A DNA stretch of 64,000 nt from Heptranchias perlo (taxonomy: Eukaryota). Every line of letters begins with the position of its first letter. Position 1 is the stretch's first letter. Made by a program: the position numbers and the translations under genes. Below, piece by piece: positions 50,192 to 64,000 of this stretch. Under the pieces are notes generated by a model, which did not search any database, was not told where the DNA came from, and saw nothing but the letters and a program-made list of their open reading frames with translations. Where the stretch lies: positions 47,988,001 through 48,052,000 of the forward strand of contig NC_090339.1 in assembly GCF_035084215.1 (NCBI RefSeq). The letters are read 5' to 3'.

Positions 50192-52020
50192 ACATAGGAA
50201 CAGGAGTAGGCCATTCAGCCCCTCGAGCCTGTTCTGCCATTTAATGAGATCATGGCTGATCTGTATCCTAACTCTACCCACCCATCTTTGCTCCATATCC
50301 TTTAATACCCTTGGCTAGCAAAAATCTATCTATCTCAGATTTAAAATTACTAATTGAACTAGCATCTACTGCTTTTTGTGGGAGAGAGTTCCACACTTCT
50401 ACCACCCTTTGTGTGAAGAATTGTTTCCTAACTTCTCTCATGAGTGGCCTAGTTCTGATTTTACGTCTCCTTTCCTAAACTCCCCCACCAGCAGAAAAAG
50501 TTTCTCTCTATCTACCCTATCAATTCCTTTCAAAATCCTAAAAACCTCAATTGAAATCACCCCTTAACCTTCTGTATTCCAGGGAATACCAGCCTAATTT
50601 ATGTAATCTCTCAATTTAGCCCTTGGAGCCCTGGTAACATTCTGATGAATCTGCACTGCATTCCTTCCAAGGCCAATATATCCTTTCTAATGTGCAGTGC
50701 CCAGAACTAGAGTACTCCAGATGTGGTCTAACCAGGGCTTGTATAGCTGCAGCAAAACTTCCTCCCCTTTATATTCTAGCCCTCTAAATATAAAAGCTAA
50801 CATTCCATTAGCCTTTTTGATTATTTTTTGTACCTGACTACTAATTTTAGTGATCTGTGTACATGGACCCCTAAATCTCTTTGGATCTCTACTGTTCCGA
50901 GCTTTTTACCATTTAAAAAATATCCTTTTTTGGTCTAAAATGGATGACCTCACACTTACCAGCGTTGAAATCCATCTGCCACAGTTTTGCCCACTCAATT
51001 AATCTATCACTGTCTCTTGATAATTTTATGCCCCCATGTACACTATTTACTATGACACCAATCTTTGTGTCATCGGCAAACTTGGATATATGGCTCTCTA
51101 TTGTATTATCTAAGTCAATACTAAATATAGGCCCCAGCACAGATCCTTATGGGACACCACCAGTCACTTCCTTCCAATTTGAGTACATACCCATTATCCC
51201 TACACTCTGTCTTCTACCACCTAACCAATCCCCTAACCAGGTAAATAGTTTGCCTTCAATTCAATGAGCTTTAATTTTAGAGAGAGAGTGCAAAAGAGAT
51301 TTACTAGAATGATTCCAGGGATGAGGAACTTTAGTTATGTGGATAGACTGGAGAAGCTCTCCTTGGAACAGAGAAGGTTGAGAGGAGATTTGATAGAGGT
51401 ATTCAAAATCATGAAGGGTCTAGACAGAGTAGATAGAAAGAAACTGTTCCCATTGGCAGAAGGGTCAAGAACCAGAGGACATAGATTTAAGGTGATTAGC
51501 AAACGAACCCAAGGCGACAAGAAAAACTTTTTTTTTTAAAAACACAGCGAGTGGTTAGGATCTGGAATGCACTGCCTGAGGGGGTGGTGGAGGCAGATTC
51601 AATCATGGCCTTCAAAAGGGAGCTGGATAAGTACTTGAAAGGAAAAAAATTGCAGGGCTACAGGGATAGGGCAGGGGAATGGGACTAGCTGGATTGCTCT
51701 TGCATAGAGCCGCCACAGACTCGATGAGCCAAATGGCCTCCTTCCATGCTGCAACCTTTTCGAATGCCTTCTGGAAGTCCATATAAACTACATCCACAGA
51801 CATTCCCTTGTCTACTACTTTAGTTGCTTCCTCAAAAACTGAATTAGATTCGTTAGACATGACCTATCCGTTACAAATCCATGTTGGCTCTCTCAAATCA
51901 GCTCAAATTTCTCCAAGTGCTCAGTCATCCTGTCCTCAATTATAGATTCCAATAACTTCCCCACAACAGATGTTAAACTCACAGGTTTATAATTTCCTGG
52001 TTTCTCTCTCTCTCTCACTT
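50192..52020 (-). mobile_element. CR1 (minus) with a younger plus-strand CR1 3' fragment nested at about 51280-51757
   Basis: Outer copy reads KFADDTK and MDFQKAF; inner copy reads ERVQKRFTRM...RRLRGDL. Confidence 0.92.
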
Positions 52021-53419
52021 TTTTTTTTAAAAAAAGGTGCCAAACTCCTGACCTTCTCCCTGATGTGTGCACCCACCTGTCAAATCCCCTACCAAGTGTA
52101 CCCTCCTGTCAAAGCCACAACTCCCCTTCCCCTCATAGGGCACAACTGTTTGGCAATGACCCTCCACCCCCCCAACTCCCAAAGTGGTCACAGCCTCCTG
52201 CCAAACCCCCAAGCAGTAACACTCTGCTACTAAACCTAGAACCCCTTTCCCACTGGGCACACCTGACTGCCACCCGCTCCCCCTCACTGGATGCTGCATC
52301 CTGCCAAACCCCAAACCCTTCTTGACTGGATGCACCCTCCTGCCAACTCTTCCCGCAGTTTATGATCCTCTTTTGTAAATACCTTTCCTCCTGCCTTTGC
52401 GTCTCCCCACAATACATGCCATTCCTTCAAATTGAAAAGGATAAGCATGTGATATGTTGCAAACTCAAGGGCTTTCCCAATCCAATCTGTAACTGGCTAT
52501 TCTGAAGTGCCCTAGAGCAAGCCAATCCTGTGATTTTTCCCTCCCTCTATTTTTTTTTAAACAGAAACCAAGGAGGAATTTTAGCCACCACCCCCACCCA
52601 CCATGACCTGCAACCTGCCAGGAACGCACCTACTTCTGTTTTAACTGCGGCAGGTTTGGGGGCAGCTGAGTAACCCGCTCTGGAGAGGCTGGTCAGTCAT
52701 TATAATTTGTTAATGAGGCTCAGTTCCTGAGATTTTGGCAGCCATTTGAATTTAACGCTGGCCAGCCAGGTTTCCCAGGGCTCGGGAAACCCAGCAGCTA
52801 AAGGGAAGCGGGATCAGCCGGATCCAGCAGGTAAGTGCTGTTCAGAATACTGCCAGGAGAAGCAGGAGTGCTTTTCCCCCCCGACACCTCAAGCAAACTT
52901 TCTGCCGCGATCAACCAACACCACCCCCCCACCCACCCCCCAACTGCCCTTCAAGCCCGCGATCCTGAGCCTGATCCCCCTCCCTCCCGAATGTTGGTCT
53001 AATTCCCCCCCCCCCCCCCGCAATCTCTCCCAGACCCCAGACCCCCTTCCTCCAGACTGCAGCTCCAACACCCCCCCACCCAGACAAGGTGCGATCTCTC
53101 CCGGTCCCACCTCCCTCCCGGTTGCCAGGGATCGTCCCCAACAGTCCCCGGCTGCTGCCTTCTACCGCTGGATTTCCCACCAAACGGAGTAAAAATATGA
53201 CAATGAGGTCCTACCGTTAAACTCGGCATGACGCCCGCCTTCCCAAGTCTCCCCCTCGCAAACACGCGCCCCCGCTCCCTCCCCGCCTCCCTGTAAATAT
53301 CGGGGCCAATATCTCTGCTTATAGTCACTCCCCATTCGTACAGCAACAATAACTCAGTGGTGCAAAATTATCTCTATCTAATCTTTGTTCTGAAACATTT
53401 CACAGGTATTCAAATAGTC

Positions 53420-54050
53420 AAACCCTCTGTGTAATGAGGCTGTCAAAAAAGTATATGGAATCTTTGGCTTGAAAATAGAGGTATAGAGTATGCTAAACCT
53501 TTATAAATCACTGGTTAGATCTCAGCTGGAGTCTTGTGTCCAAATCTTGGCACCACACTTTAGGAAGGATGTCAAGGCCTTGAAGAGGTTGCAGAGGAGT
53601 TTTACTGGCATGGTACCAGGGATGAGGGACTTCAGTTATGCGGAGAGACTAAAGAAACTAGAATTGTTCTGCTTGGAGCAGAGAAGGTTAAGGGGAGATT
53701 TAATAAAAGGTGTTCAAAATTATGTGGGGTTTTGATAGTGGAAACCATTTCTTCCTGTCCAGGAGAGTCAGTAACCAGAGGACACAGATTTAAGGTAATT
53801 GGCAAAGAACCAGAGGGGGAAATTAGAAAAATTTATTTTCACGCAGTGAGTTATGATGGTCTGGAAAGCACTGCCTGAAAAAGGGTGGTGGAAACAGATT
53901 CAATAGTAACTTTTAAAAGGGAATTGGATTTTTACTTGAAAAGGAAAAATTTGCAGGGCTATGGGGAAAGAGCAGGGGAGTTGGACTAATTGGATAGCTC
54001 TTTCAAACGATGGGCCAAATGACATCCTTCTGCACTGTATGATTCTATGA
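53420..54050 (+). mobile_element. CR1 3' fragment
   Basis: MLNLYKSLVRSQLE; tail gattctatga. Confidence 0.92.
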
Positions 54051-54419
54051 TATATGTACACATATGCAGTGTGTACTATCTACAGAATGCGCAGCGGCAA
54101 TTAGTCAAGGCTTGTTCGACAGCGCCTCCCGAACTAGTGACCTCCACTACCTAGAAGGACAAGTGCTGCAGGTCAAAATCCTGGAACTCCCTACCTATCA
54201 GCACCAGTGGCAGTACCTTCACCACACGGACTACAGCGGGTCAAGGCGGCCGCTCACCACCACCTTCTCAAGGGCAACTAGGGATGGGCAATAAATGCTG
54301 GCCTTATTCAAGTGCACTGCTCTGTCCTGGATAGTGTTGAGATTTGAGAGTTTGTTGTGGCTATACCCATCCAGGCAAGTGGTGAACATTCCATCACATT
54401 CCTGACTTGAGCCTTGGAA

Positions 54420-54640
54420 GGGAGACCATGGAAGAGAGACAGTGGAATGGCCAACCACAATAAAGGCTGTAAAGAGGTCAAGCAGGAATAATGCACCACG
54501 GTCACAGTCATAGAGGATTTCATTGCTAACTTTGGCCAGAATGGTTTCAGTACTGTGCTCGGGCTGGAAATGAGACTGGAGAGATTCAAACAGAGTGGTG
54601 GGCACAGAGTTGGTTAGCAACGATGCATTGGAGGACCTTA
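54420..54640 (-). mobile_element. L2 RT fragment
   Basis: FESLQSHFQPEHSTETILAKVSNEIL...LLDLFTAF. Confidence 0.8.
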
Positions 54641-55756
54641 TAAAAGGAAGGGCAGATTCTTCAGGAGTAGGGGTTGATGACAGCATTGTTCTCCTGCCAC
54701 TTGCAGATAGTTTTGTTTTTCTTGCACAGAAACAGTAGAACACATGACAAGAAAATCATCACCTATGACAGTATAATTGACTAGGGAACATTTTGTTTGC
54801 AGAGGATTTCTGGCACCAGCCCAAAATAAAACATCAAGTGTTTTCAAAAACAAAAAAAAAAATGGCTGTGTAAAATCATAGAGCTTTAGATTTGGGCAAA
54901 TACTGTGCATCAACCATTGAATTACAATTTTACTGATATTCAAGATCTATTAAATGATGCAAAAGTAATTTGTGACAAATTCCAATTTATTTTTTGAACA
55001 GTTTATCATTTGACAATGGAGTTTAAATCCAATTAATATTTTTAAACCACAAAATCAAAATCCTTTTATTATAGTTTATGTACACACAGTCTACTTTTAA
55101 TTTAAAAATTGCCTAATTCATATTATCTGATAATTCAATTTTTTAATTCCAATTTACACAATTCAAATTATCAGATAATTCAAATTTTTTAGCACAAGAA
55201 TGACTACATTATCAGTAGACTGTAATAATAAGAGGATCACCGAAATATTTATACAATATTCTTATTTCTACTATTGCTTGATCCTGCTCAAGATTCTAAC
55301 CCGCAGAGCGCTGTACATAGAGCTCTTGGCCTGACCCTATAGACCCAAACATAGATCTGCAGCAACATCCCACTTCAGATTATACTCTGAGTAACTGATG
55401 AACCCTGACCACTGCAGCTGTTACAAGAAGGCTAGATCACCAATCAGCAGTGCAAGTCATTGTCTATATCAATCCCTCAGCCTCCTGATTTTGTATTCAT
55501 TGAAATAAATAGGATCTGAATACAGTTGTTCGGTTTTCAATTGTTTTTATTTTACCAAAAAACTGTGACATCGGGCTGAATTCTTTTCTGCGATCCGACC
55601 AATTTTGTGTGGGATCGCAGCGGAGAATGATGGAAACCTCGGGTGGCAACGCCTGCCCACAACCCCTGTTGGGACCACCACTGGCAAATTGCAGTGGGAG
55701 GGTTGGTATGGCATTGATTCCCGGTAGATTTCCCACCCATCCGCCAAGGACAACTA

Positions 55757-56698
55757 TGCTGAAGGTGTAGAGTAATGTATCCAAGTTTGCTGACGATACA
55801 AAGCTAGGTGCGAAAGTAAGCTGTGAGGAGGACGCAAAGAGTCTGCAAACGGATATAGACAGGTTAAGGTGAGTGGGCAAGAAGATGGCAGACGGAGTAT
55901 AATGTGGGGAAATGTGAAATTATCTACTTTGGTAGGAAGAATCGAAAAGCAGAATATTTTTTAAAAGGTGAAAGACTAAGAAATGTTTGTAGTCAGAGAG
56001 ATTTGGGTGTCCTTGCACACAAATCATAGAAGGTTAACAGGGAGGTACAGCAAGCAATTCGGAAGGCAAATAGTATGTTAGCCTTTATTGCAAGGGGATT
56101 GGAGTAGAAGAGTAAGGAGAGCTCTGGTGAGGCCACACCTGGAGTACTGTGTACAGTTTTGGTCTCCTTACCTAAGGAAGGATATACTTGCCTTAGATGG
56201 GGTGTAACAAAAGTTCACTAGATTGATTCCTGGGATGAGAGGGTTGTCCTATGAGGAGAGATTGAGTCGAATGGGCCTATATTCTCTGAAGTTTAGAAGA
56301 ATGAGAGGTGATCTCATTGAAACGTATAAAATTCTTAGAGGGCTTGACAGTGCAGATGCGGAGAAGCTGTTTCCCCTGGCTGGAAAGTCTAGAACTAGGG
56401 GTCATAGTCTCAGGATAAGTGGTCAGCCATTTAGGACCAAGATGAGGAAAAATAAAAATGTCCTCACTCAGAGGGTTGTGAATCTTTAGAATTCTCTACC
56501 CCAGAGGACTGTGGATGCTCAGTCATTGAGTATATTCACTGAGATCGATAGATTTTTGGACACCAAGGGAATCAAGGGATATGGGGATAGGGCAGGAAAG
56601 TGGAATTGAGGTAGAAGATTAGCCACGATCTATTGAACAGTGGAGCAGACTCAAGGGGCAGTAAGGCCTACTCCTGCTCCTATTTCTTATGTTCTTAG
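55757..56698 (+). mobile_element. 5'-truncated CR1
   Basis: KFADDTKL, RRMRGDL; tail cctatttcttatgttctt. Confidence 0.93.
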
Positions 56699-59664
56699 GT
56701 GGTGAGAAGACTTAGGAAGCGGCAGTAATGTATCAGAGGTTAATGTACCCAAGCGGAGAAAGAGGGCCTTGCAGTAGCCTCTTCCTCCTCTATCCTGGCC
56801 CCTAAAGACTTACCTACATAGGTCTTTGGACTTTGCCAAGGTCTTACCTTGCTCTTTGCCAAGGCCTACAAGGCTGCAGCACCTGCTGTCTTCAGGGACC
56901 TCTGTCCCTTTAACTCCATTTCCCACTGCAGCACTTCCAGCATTTCTCTTAGGACCAATAGCAGGCTCCGTCTCAGTGGCAGAAATGCTGCCGGTAGCCA
57001 ACCATGTTGCCAAGGAAATGGGTCAGTGTTGGGGCGCAGCTGGGGCAGGTAGAAGCCCCGCCCCACCACTACTCTGCTCCTTAAAAAGGAAAATCCAACC
57101 CTAAGTATAGTAGTGATCAATTTATAAAACATACATAACGTCATACCATCACCTGAAACACTGAGTAAACTCCCATAAAAGCAATTAAGCTCAGACTGTT
57201 TACAAAAAAGTGTTTAATGCCACTGAACCAGAGAAGACATCTCTGGCAGACCCAAATTTGCAACACCAAGCAAAGAATAAACACAACATGAATGAATTGC
57301 ATTGTAATCACCTCAACACAACAGTTCTAGTGCTAGCTGACCAACAGAGCAATTCTACTTTTTTTTTTAAAAAGATTGACTTGTATCATAAAAGGAGGTA
57401 TCTCAATAATTACACTGTTAGTTGTATCATGTTATAGGCTAGAAAAAGTACCAGCCAGAGGTATCATCTGTTTGTTAGCTAGCATAAAGAGAATTGTTTT
57501 GAAGTTAATCTATCACAAATTGATATACTCTCAGTCAAATACCAAGTTCCATTTTATCGGAAAACACCAGGATCTGAAAGTGCGTCAATAAAACACACTT
57601 TTTTCGGATTATTCAGGATATGCCTCTGGTACTCTCGTTTTAGCCAAGCTCAGCTCCCCATGCCTAGTACTTTCAACTTCCAATGAATACATTATCTAAT
57701 GCTGCAAATGACAACAACATTAGTCAGAAGCCTGGCTTGTGGTATAAGAGGAAGTTGCTTCAGATGTGTCGGTTTCAGGAGAAATCTTACTACTTTTTTT
57801 TAATAATCGTGATTCTCCTATAACTCTGCTGGTGTGTAATCTGGGGCCGAATAGCTTGATTGTTTTGCTGCTAACTTGGCCTGTACCTTAAGGCTACTGT
57901 CCTAAATAAACAAATTCAAAGAACTGTAGAGGATTGTTTAAACAGGGCAAGTGCAAATGCTTGTAAACTTCAAGTTGCAGGTCAATGATGGGCTTTCTCT
58001 GTTATTTAAAAAAACGCAAAATATAGCTTTGCATCACTAACAAAGTGTAACACTTTGAAGTGTGCTGGATGCAATACTATACAAGGACTTGTGCTGGGGG
58101 CAGTGGGGAGAGGGCAGCAGCCAGAAAGCCCTAAATATTGTGTAGGGTGGGGCAGGGGGTACATGGGAATAAAAGAACCTAATTGACTGCGTCCAAAACT
58201 ATTTGAGGTCTCCTACTGGCGCACTGAGAGAAAATTGGAGCAGGAGGGCTAGAAATGACCCCTCCCAGCTCATCTGTATCCCACTGCTGTATCTGTGAAA
58301 TTTTACCACAGGTTCTAAAGTTCATGTTCCAACTTCTTTTGAAATTATTTGGAAAAACAAACTCATACATAACCTTATAGAAGGAAAAACATGCTTCCAG
58401 TTTTTGCTGATGAGAGCAGCAGAGATCTTTGATTAAAAATATTAATGAATATACCAAAGTTACAAAAGACAATTTTATAGATAAAGTCTATCATGTTATT
58501 ATGAAATCTGTCATTTATATTTTTATTATGCGATGCCTGAAAATGTAAAAAGACCATCTTCATCAAAAAAAACTTGTTTTCTGAAGGAAGAAACAGAAAA
58601 GGTAATTTTCATCACACCCAGAATGGTGCACTGGTGTATTTGACCTGATTTGCATTATCACATCAAATGCTTGCAAACAAGTGGGAAAAGGTTTGGCAAA
58701 CATTCTGTCATGAAGAGCTTTCATGAATTTTGAAACCATGCTTCACTGGTGTTCATATTGCCTCCATTTCCACATATCATGAGATCTTCAACAGTCGACT
58801 CTTAGTCATTTCAACCTCATTTTCTTGAAGGAAGATTGCTCCATAGTCCTGGCAAATCCTCATTTGGGATCTGAACCTGACATTACATAAATAAGCATAT
58901 CCACTAACTAAACCAGCTATGCGTCGCGGAAGACAATTTCGCATTGCTGTATTTTAGGTTCATTTAGCTTGTACAATTATATTAAAAAAAAGCTTTAATC
59001 TCATACATCCCTGCTCCTTAGTAAGACCAAATTAGAAGCAACAATATAGTTTAAGGTGTTAGAAAGTGCACTTTAATGGGTAGTTTATGCATTTGTATCA
59101 ACTAAGATTAGAGGCCACTTCTCTCATACTAACAGTAGACACACACGCACAACCAATATTTGTATCTCTAAGCAGTCTTCCTGAACCCACATTGCCTCAG
59201 TAACCTTAATCATTATTGCTGCTGGTTGGCTCCATGGGCCTGTCACTCACTATTTGCTGTCTTCAAAATTTCTCTCAAATTATGTGTAAGGAGAAGACTT
59301 GGTTTGATAGGGACAGTTTTATTGCTCGCTCATTAACCCTCATTTCCAGAACTCTCTCCAACAAGCACAAAGGCTCCCCTCCTCCTGTTCAAAAGGGAAC
59401 ACAGCTTCTCTGATCAATAGAGAGCAAACAGTAGCTGAGAGGAATTATGTAGTGGCATTACATGGAGGAAAGATCAAAACTCCTCATGGCTTGCACTTAA
59501 CGGGTGGATACAGAAAATGAACCAGAATTACACTGATGAAGAATCTGTTTTCTCTCAAAATAAGGTAAGGAATTGAATATTAATTTACATATCTGAATGC
59601 CCAAAATCATGTTAACATCCAGTGTACTAAAATTAATTTCAAACCCATTTATGATTTTAGAGAA

Positions 59665-60310
59665 TTATATAGAATGTACAGCACAGAAACAGGCCATTCG
59701 GCCCAACAGGTCTATGCCGGTATTTATGCACCACACCCTTTTTCCCTCATGTGCTTAACTAGTTTCCCCTTAAATTCATCTATGCTAGTCGCCTCAACTA
59801 CACCTTGCAGTAGCGAGTTCCACATTCTAACCTCTCCCTGGGTAAAGAAGTTTCTCCTAAATTCCCTATTGGATTTATTAGTGACTGTCTTATATTTATG
59901 ACCCCTAGTTCTGGTCTCCCCCTGCAAGTGGAAACATCATCTCTACGTCTAGCCTATCAAACCCTTTCATAATCTTAAAGACCTCTATCAAGTCACCCCT
60001 CAGTCTTCTCTTTTCTAGAGAAAAGAGCCCCAGCCAGCTCAATCTTTCCTGATGGGTATAACCTCTCAGTTCTGGTAGGATTCTAGTAAATCTTTTTTGC
60101 ACTGTCTCCAGTGCTTCAATATCCTTTTTATAATATGGAGACCAGAACTGCTCACAGTACTCCAAGTGTGGTCTAACCAAGGTTCTATACAAGTTTAACA
60201 TAACTTCTCTGCTTTCAATCCTATCCCTCTAGAAATGAATCCCAGTGCTTGGTTTGCTTTTTTTATGGCCTTATTAACCTGCATCGCTACTTTTAGTGAT
60301 TTGTGTATAG
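59665..60310 (-). mobile_element. CR1 3' fragment
   Basis: [33 protein letters not shown]. Confidence 0.92.
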
Positions 60311-61235
60311 AGGCTGGCCCATAGGATAAACATGACAAACAGTGATTTGGGGAGGGGGGGGGAAATGGATGAATTTTTTGATCTTGGTGCTAAAGCAGCA
60401 AGACCATAGACAGCTTAGGCTAAACAGATGAGGCAGGTCCAGGTTTAACCGCTGATCTCTACTAAATTAGCTGATCTCAGCCAGGGTAGCTATGGACAGT
60501 GTCATGATCAGCTTCAGCACCCATATTGGGTAGAAGAAATATCAAAAACATTTTCCACTTCTGTTCACAATGACCCCTTCTAGAACTGTGCATATGTAGT
60601 TGTTGGACAAGGACCTGATTAGGTTTGGCTGGTTTAACTCACACAGTAAAACAGCCTGCCAACGCCCCATTCAGCTTCCAATAAGCAGAACAGACACTTG
60701 AAAAAGGTACCAGAAGGCTGCCTGCAATCATGTCTAACCTTTAGAAGAGGACATATATATATAAAAAAAATCAGAGCAACATTGGAGATGAAAAATACAT
60801 ATGGGGATGATGGAGGTTGCTTTTTTAAAAAAAAAAAATATTCCTGGGATGTGAGCATTGTTGGCTGGCATTTATTGCTCATCCTTAGTTGACCTGAGAA
60901 GGTGGTTATGGGTTTTCATCTTGAACCACTGCAGTCTGTGTTTTTAGTGGTTCTAATATAACTATGAGGTTTCGTAGGCAACTTCAGAGGGCAGTTATGA
61001 GTCAACCACATTGATATGGGACTGAAGTTACATATAGGCCAGATCTGGTAAGGGCATCAGGTTTCCCTCCCTAAAGGACATTAGTGAACCAGTTAGGCTT
61101 TCACAACAATCCAACAGTTTCATGGTCACTTTTATTTCCAGATTTTTTTTAAAAAACTGAATTCAAAGTCTCACGTTGGAGTCTTAGTCCAGGCCTCTGG
61201 GTTACTCGTCCAGTAACATAACTATTAAACGGTAT

Positions 61236-61904
61236 CCATGATGTGGAGATGCCGGTGATGGACTGGGGTTGACAATTGTAAACAATTCTACAACACCAAG
61301 TTATAGTCCAGCAATTTTATTTTAAATTCACAAGCTTTCGGAGGCTTCCTCCTTCCTCAGGTGAACGAAATGAAATCCTCGAAATGAAATCGCATTTATA
61401 ATTCACAGAACAATGCTTGGTGATTACAGACAGTTTTTTCAACTGCCCGTTGCCAAGGCAATCAGTGTGCAGACAGACAGGTGTTACAGAAATTGATAGC
61501 CAAGTTCTGCACCCATGAGGACGGCCTCAACCGGGATCTTGGGTTCATGTCACGCTACACGTTACACGTTACCCCACCAGCGAACAAATGTTATCTGTTT
61601 TTAATATAACGGGTCAGTTGCTGTCTTTTCTATGTTTCTACCTCTCTATCTGTTTTTTTTTGTTTGTTGTTTTTTTTTGGTGATTTGTATATTCTGAGAC
61701 CTTGCAGGTAACACCTTTCTGTCTGCACACTGATTGCCTTGGCAATGGGCAGTTGAAAAAACTGTCTGTAATCACCAAGCATTGTTCTGTGAATTATAAA
61801 TGCGATTTCATTTCGTTCACTTGAGGAAGGAGGAAGCCTCCGAAAGCTTGTGAATTTAAAATAAAATTGCTGGACTATAACTTGGTGTTGTAAAATTGTT
61901 TACA
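61236..61904 (+). mobile_element. Severely 5'-truncated Penelope-like element with inverted pseudo-LTRs and hammerheads on both strands
   Basis: Inverted arms of about 200 bp flank the last codons of the ORF (KLIAKFCTHEDGLNRDLGF) and the 3' UTR. Duplication attaaacggtat at 61224-61235 and 61905-61916. Confidence 0.93.
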
Positions 61905-63374
61905 ATTAAACGGTATAGTAGCATAGTGGTTATGAGAAAGGAAAACTCACTTTAATAATTAAAAGGCATTGGAAATGAAAAAAAACAGCAGACACCATAA
62001 ATAAATCATATTTAATAATGTATGTTCTAAGTTATGTCAATTACAATGAAATATGTGGACAAATACCAGAGCAGGGAGAACAAACACTCAGATTCCCCAT
62101 TGGCTAGATTGTTCATAACTGCATGCCTATTGTTTTTGTTTAAAATGGGGGAGAAATGAATGAGCATAACACTACACTGATGTTTCGTTCATATCTGGTA
62201 CTATATGGTAAGTGTACGTCTTCTCTACGTGTGTGTTGTAAACTGGATATGCCCAGATATTTTAACAGCTCTCCTGATATCTGGTTTCCCCTTCATCCTA
62301 CACACCACTCACACTGTGCATCATTAACTGCAATTGAGTTCCCAGTTTTACCTGGCCACATGACCATATTAACTGTAGTTTGGGGACCTTGGCTCAATTT
62401 TTTGACATCAGAGATTCAAGACCAAACTAAGCGTTTTTTGTGAAGAGATGGATATTTAATTTCTTCAAATGAAAAAGCTTCAAAATATCACATTTTGTGT
62501 TGGCTTCTTTATTTAGGATTTGAAGTAAAATATTACCAACACTTTTAAATCTACCGAAGTTCCATACTGTTCCTTTTAGTGAGGGCCATTGCCTCTCCAT
62601 AGGCAGTGGGAGAGAAAACTAAGTAAAATAAATCTCCTGGGACTTTGCCATGATTATATTATAATGACATTTATGCCACATTACAAAAAAATATTTTTTG
62701 GGGGAAGGGGGCGAGGCAAGGGAGGTCAGTCTCTAGTTAATTTCTTTGTATTGACCCTGATGAACATAAGTGCAAATAGAACTATTCTCATTCATATGGA
62801 CCAACACCATTACTTTTTCAAACTCTGCCTCTAGGCAGTCATCCACAGAAAGACTGGCACAGTGCACACTTTGCAAACCCAATACACATCCATAACTACA
62901 CTGTGTGGTGTGATGCTGAGGCATACAGACCAGGAAGATATGAGCTATGAACCCTAGTCAGTGCTGAATTAGCTTACCTGAGCTGGCACACTAATGTAGG
63001 CCCTGCAGTTGGCCTCAGTGTCAACGAACTAGAAAGAAAAAAGGGGCAAAAATGGCTTGGGTTTCCATTCCTAATTGCTATGGAGGTGCTCTGCGGTAAA
63101 ATGTGCATGTGCGTGTAAGGTTAGGGTTCAGTTTGGCTATGATGAATAGTCCAACACTCGCTCGAGGTATCCAGGCAGAATACCAGTGGGTTACCAATGT
63201 TCATTTAACTTACCCCAGTAGGAGTCACTGCCTACAGAAAAGTAGGAGATGGGGAAGAAGATCAAAGATAAAATTAGATTGAGGGAAAAATTATACATTT
63301 ACCTTGCGTTTCTCTCTCTACAGATGCCACCTGACCTGCTAAGTGTTTCCAGCATTTTCTGTTTTATTTCAATT

Positions 63375-63905
63375 ATTCCAATTCTCTACTTACCAATCTC
63401 TGAATTCCACCCATCAGAAATTGCAACTCATCCAAATCTCCGCCACCTGCATTTTATCCCGTACTAAATCTCACTCCCCTGTCGCCCGTCTCCTAACTGA
63501 CCTTCCACAATGCATTGATTTCAAAATCCTTATCTTCATCTAGAAGTCCCTCCATGAACTCAACCCCTCCCCCTTCCCCTTCCCTACCACTGCACCTGTT
63601 CGGAATGCTGTCCTTCCAAATCTAATCTCCTTTGCATCTTTCCCTTCCCCCAACTACACCTTTGGTGGCACAACCTTCAGTTGTCTTAGCCCCACACTCT
63701 GGAATGCTCTCCCTAAACCCCTCCACCTTGCTCTCTCTCGCTTTCTTCAAAAGACTCCTTAAAAACCCACCACATTGATTTGTCCTTTATCACCATCCCT
63801 AACTCTTTCTCCCCCATCAGTGCTTGGTGTTGGGTTATTTTTTCATTTCTATGAAGCACTTAGGAACTTTTCACTATATCAGAGGCATTGATGAAAGTGC
63901 AAATA
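63375..63905 (+). mobile_element. Old L2 3' fragment
   Basis: ttgcaactcatccaaa, attgatttcaaaatcct, ctctggaatgctctccctaaacc. Confidence 0.7.
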
Positions 63906-64000
63906 GCTGTTGCTATGCTCATTCTTTTTCCTTCATTAAAAGCAACAGGTATGCAGCTGTGAACAATCAGGCCAGTGGGATATTTTTGCTGGCCAGTGAC

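Overview
Eukaryotic, repeat-rich vertebrate DNA, most likely from a shark or other cartilaginous fish, judged from the CR1, Deu-SINE and Penelope families present. The window is almost all intron of a minus-strand TMEM164 gene. Two short coding exons are visible (30494-30543 and 15752-15818); the flanking exons were not found and presumably lie outside the window. The introns hold many truncated CR1 and L2 LINEs, tRNA-headed SINEs, a Harbinger-type relic, a non-autonomous LTR element, a solo LTR and a 27-bp minisatellite. The most notable system is a Penelope-like retroelement family. It includes one RT+GIY-YIG copy and six short fold-back derivatives that share a minimal hammerhead ribozyme, a second covarying hairpin at the integration end, an unpaired tail at the other end and 9-12 bp target duplications. 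Other points of interest are a ~240-bp duplication around the long Penelope copy, a housekeeping-type promoter signature inside the intron and an orphan ~250-bp inverted repeat. All family and gene names come from recognition of the sequence, not from database searches.
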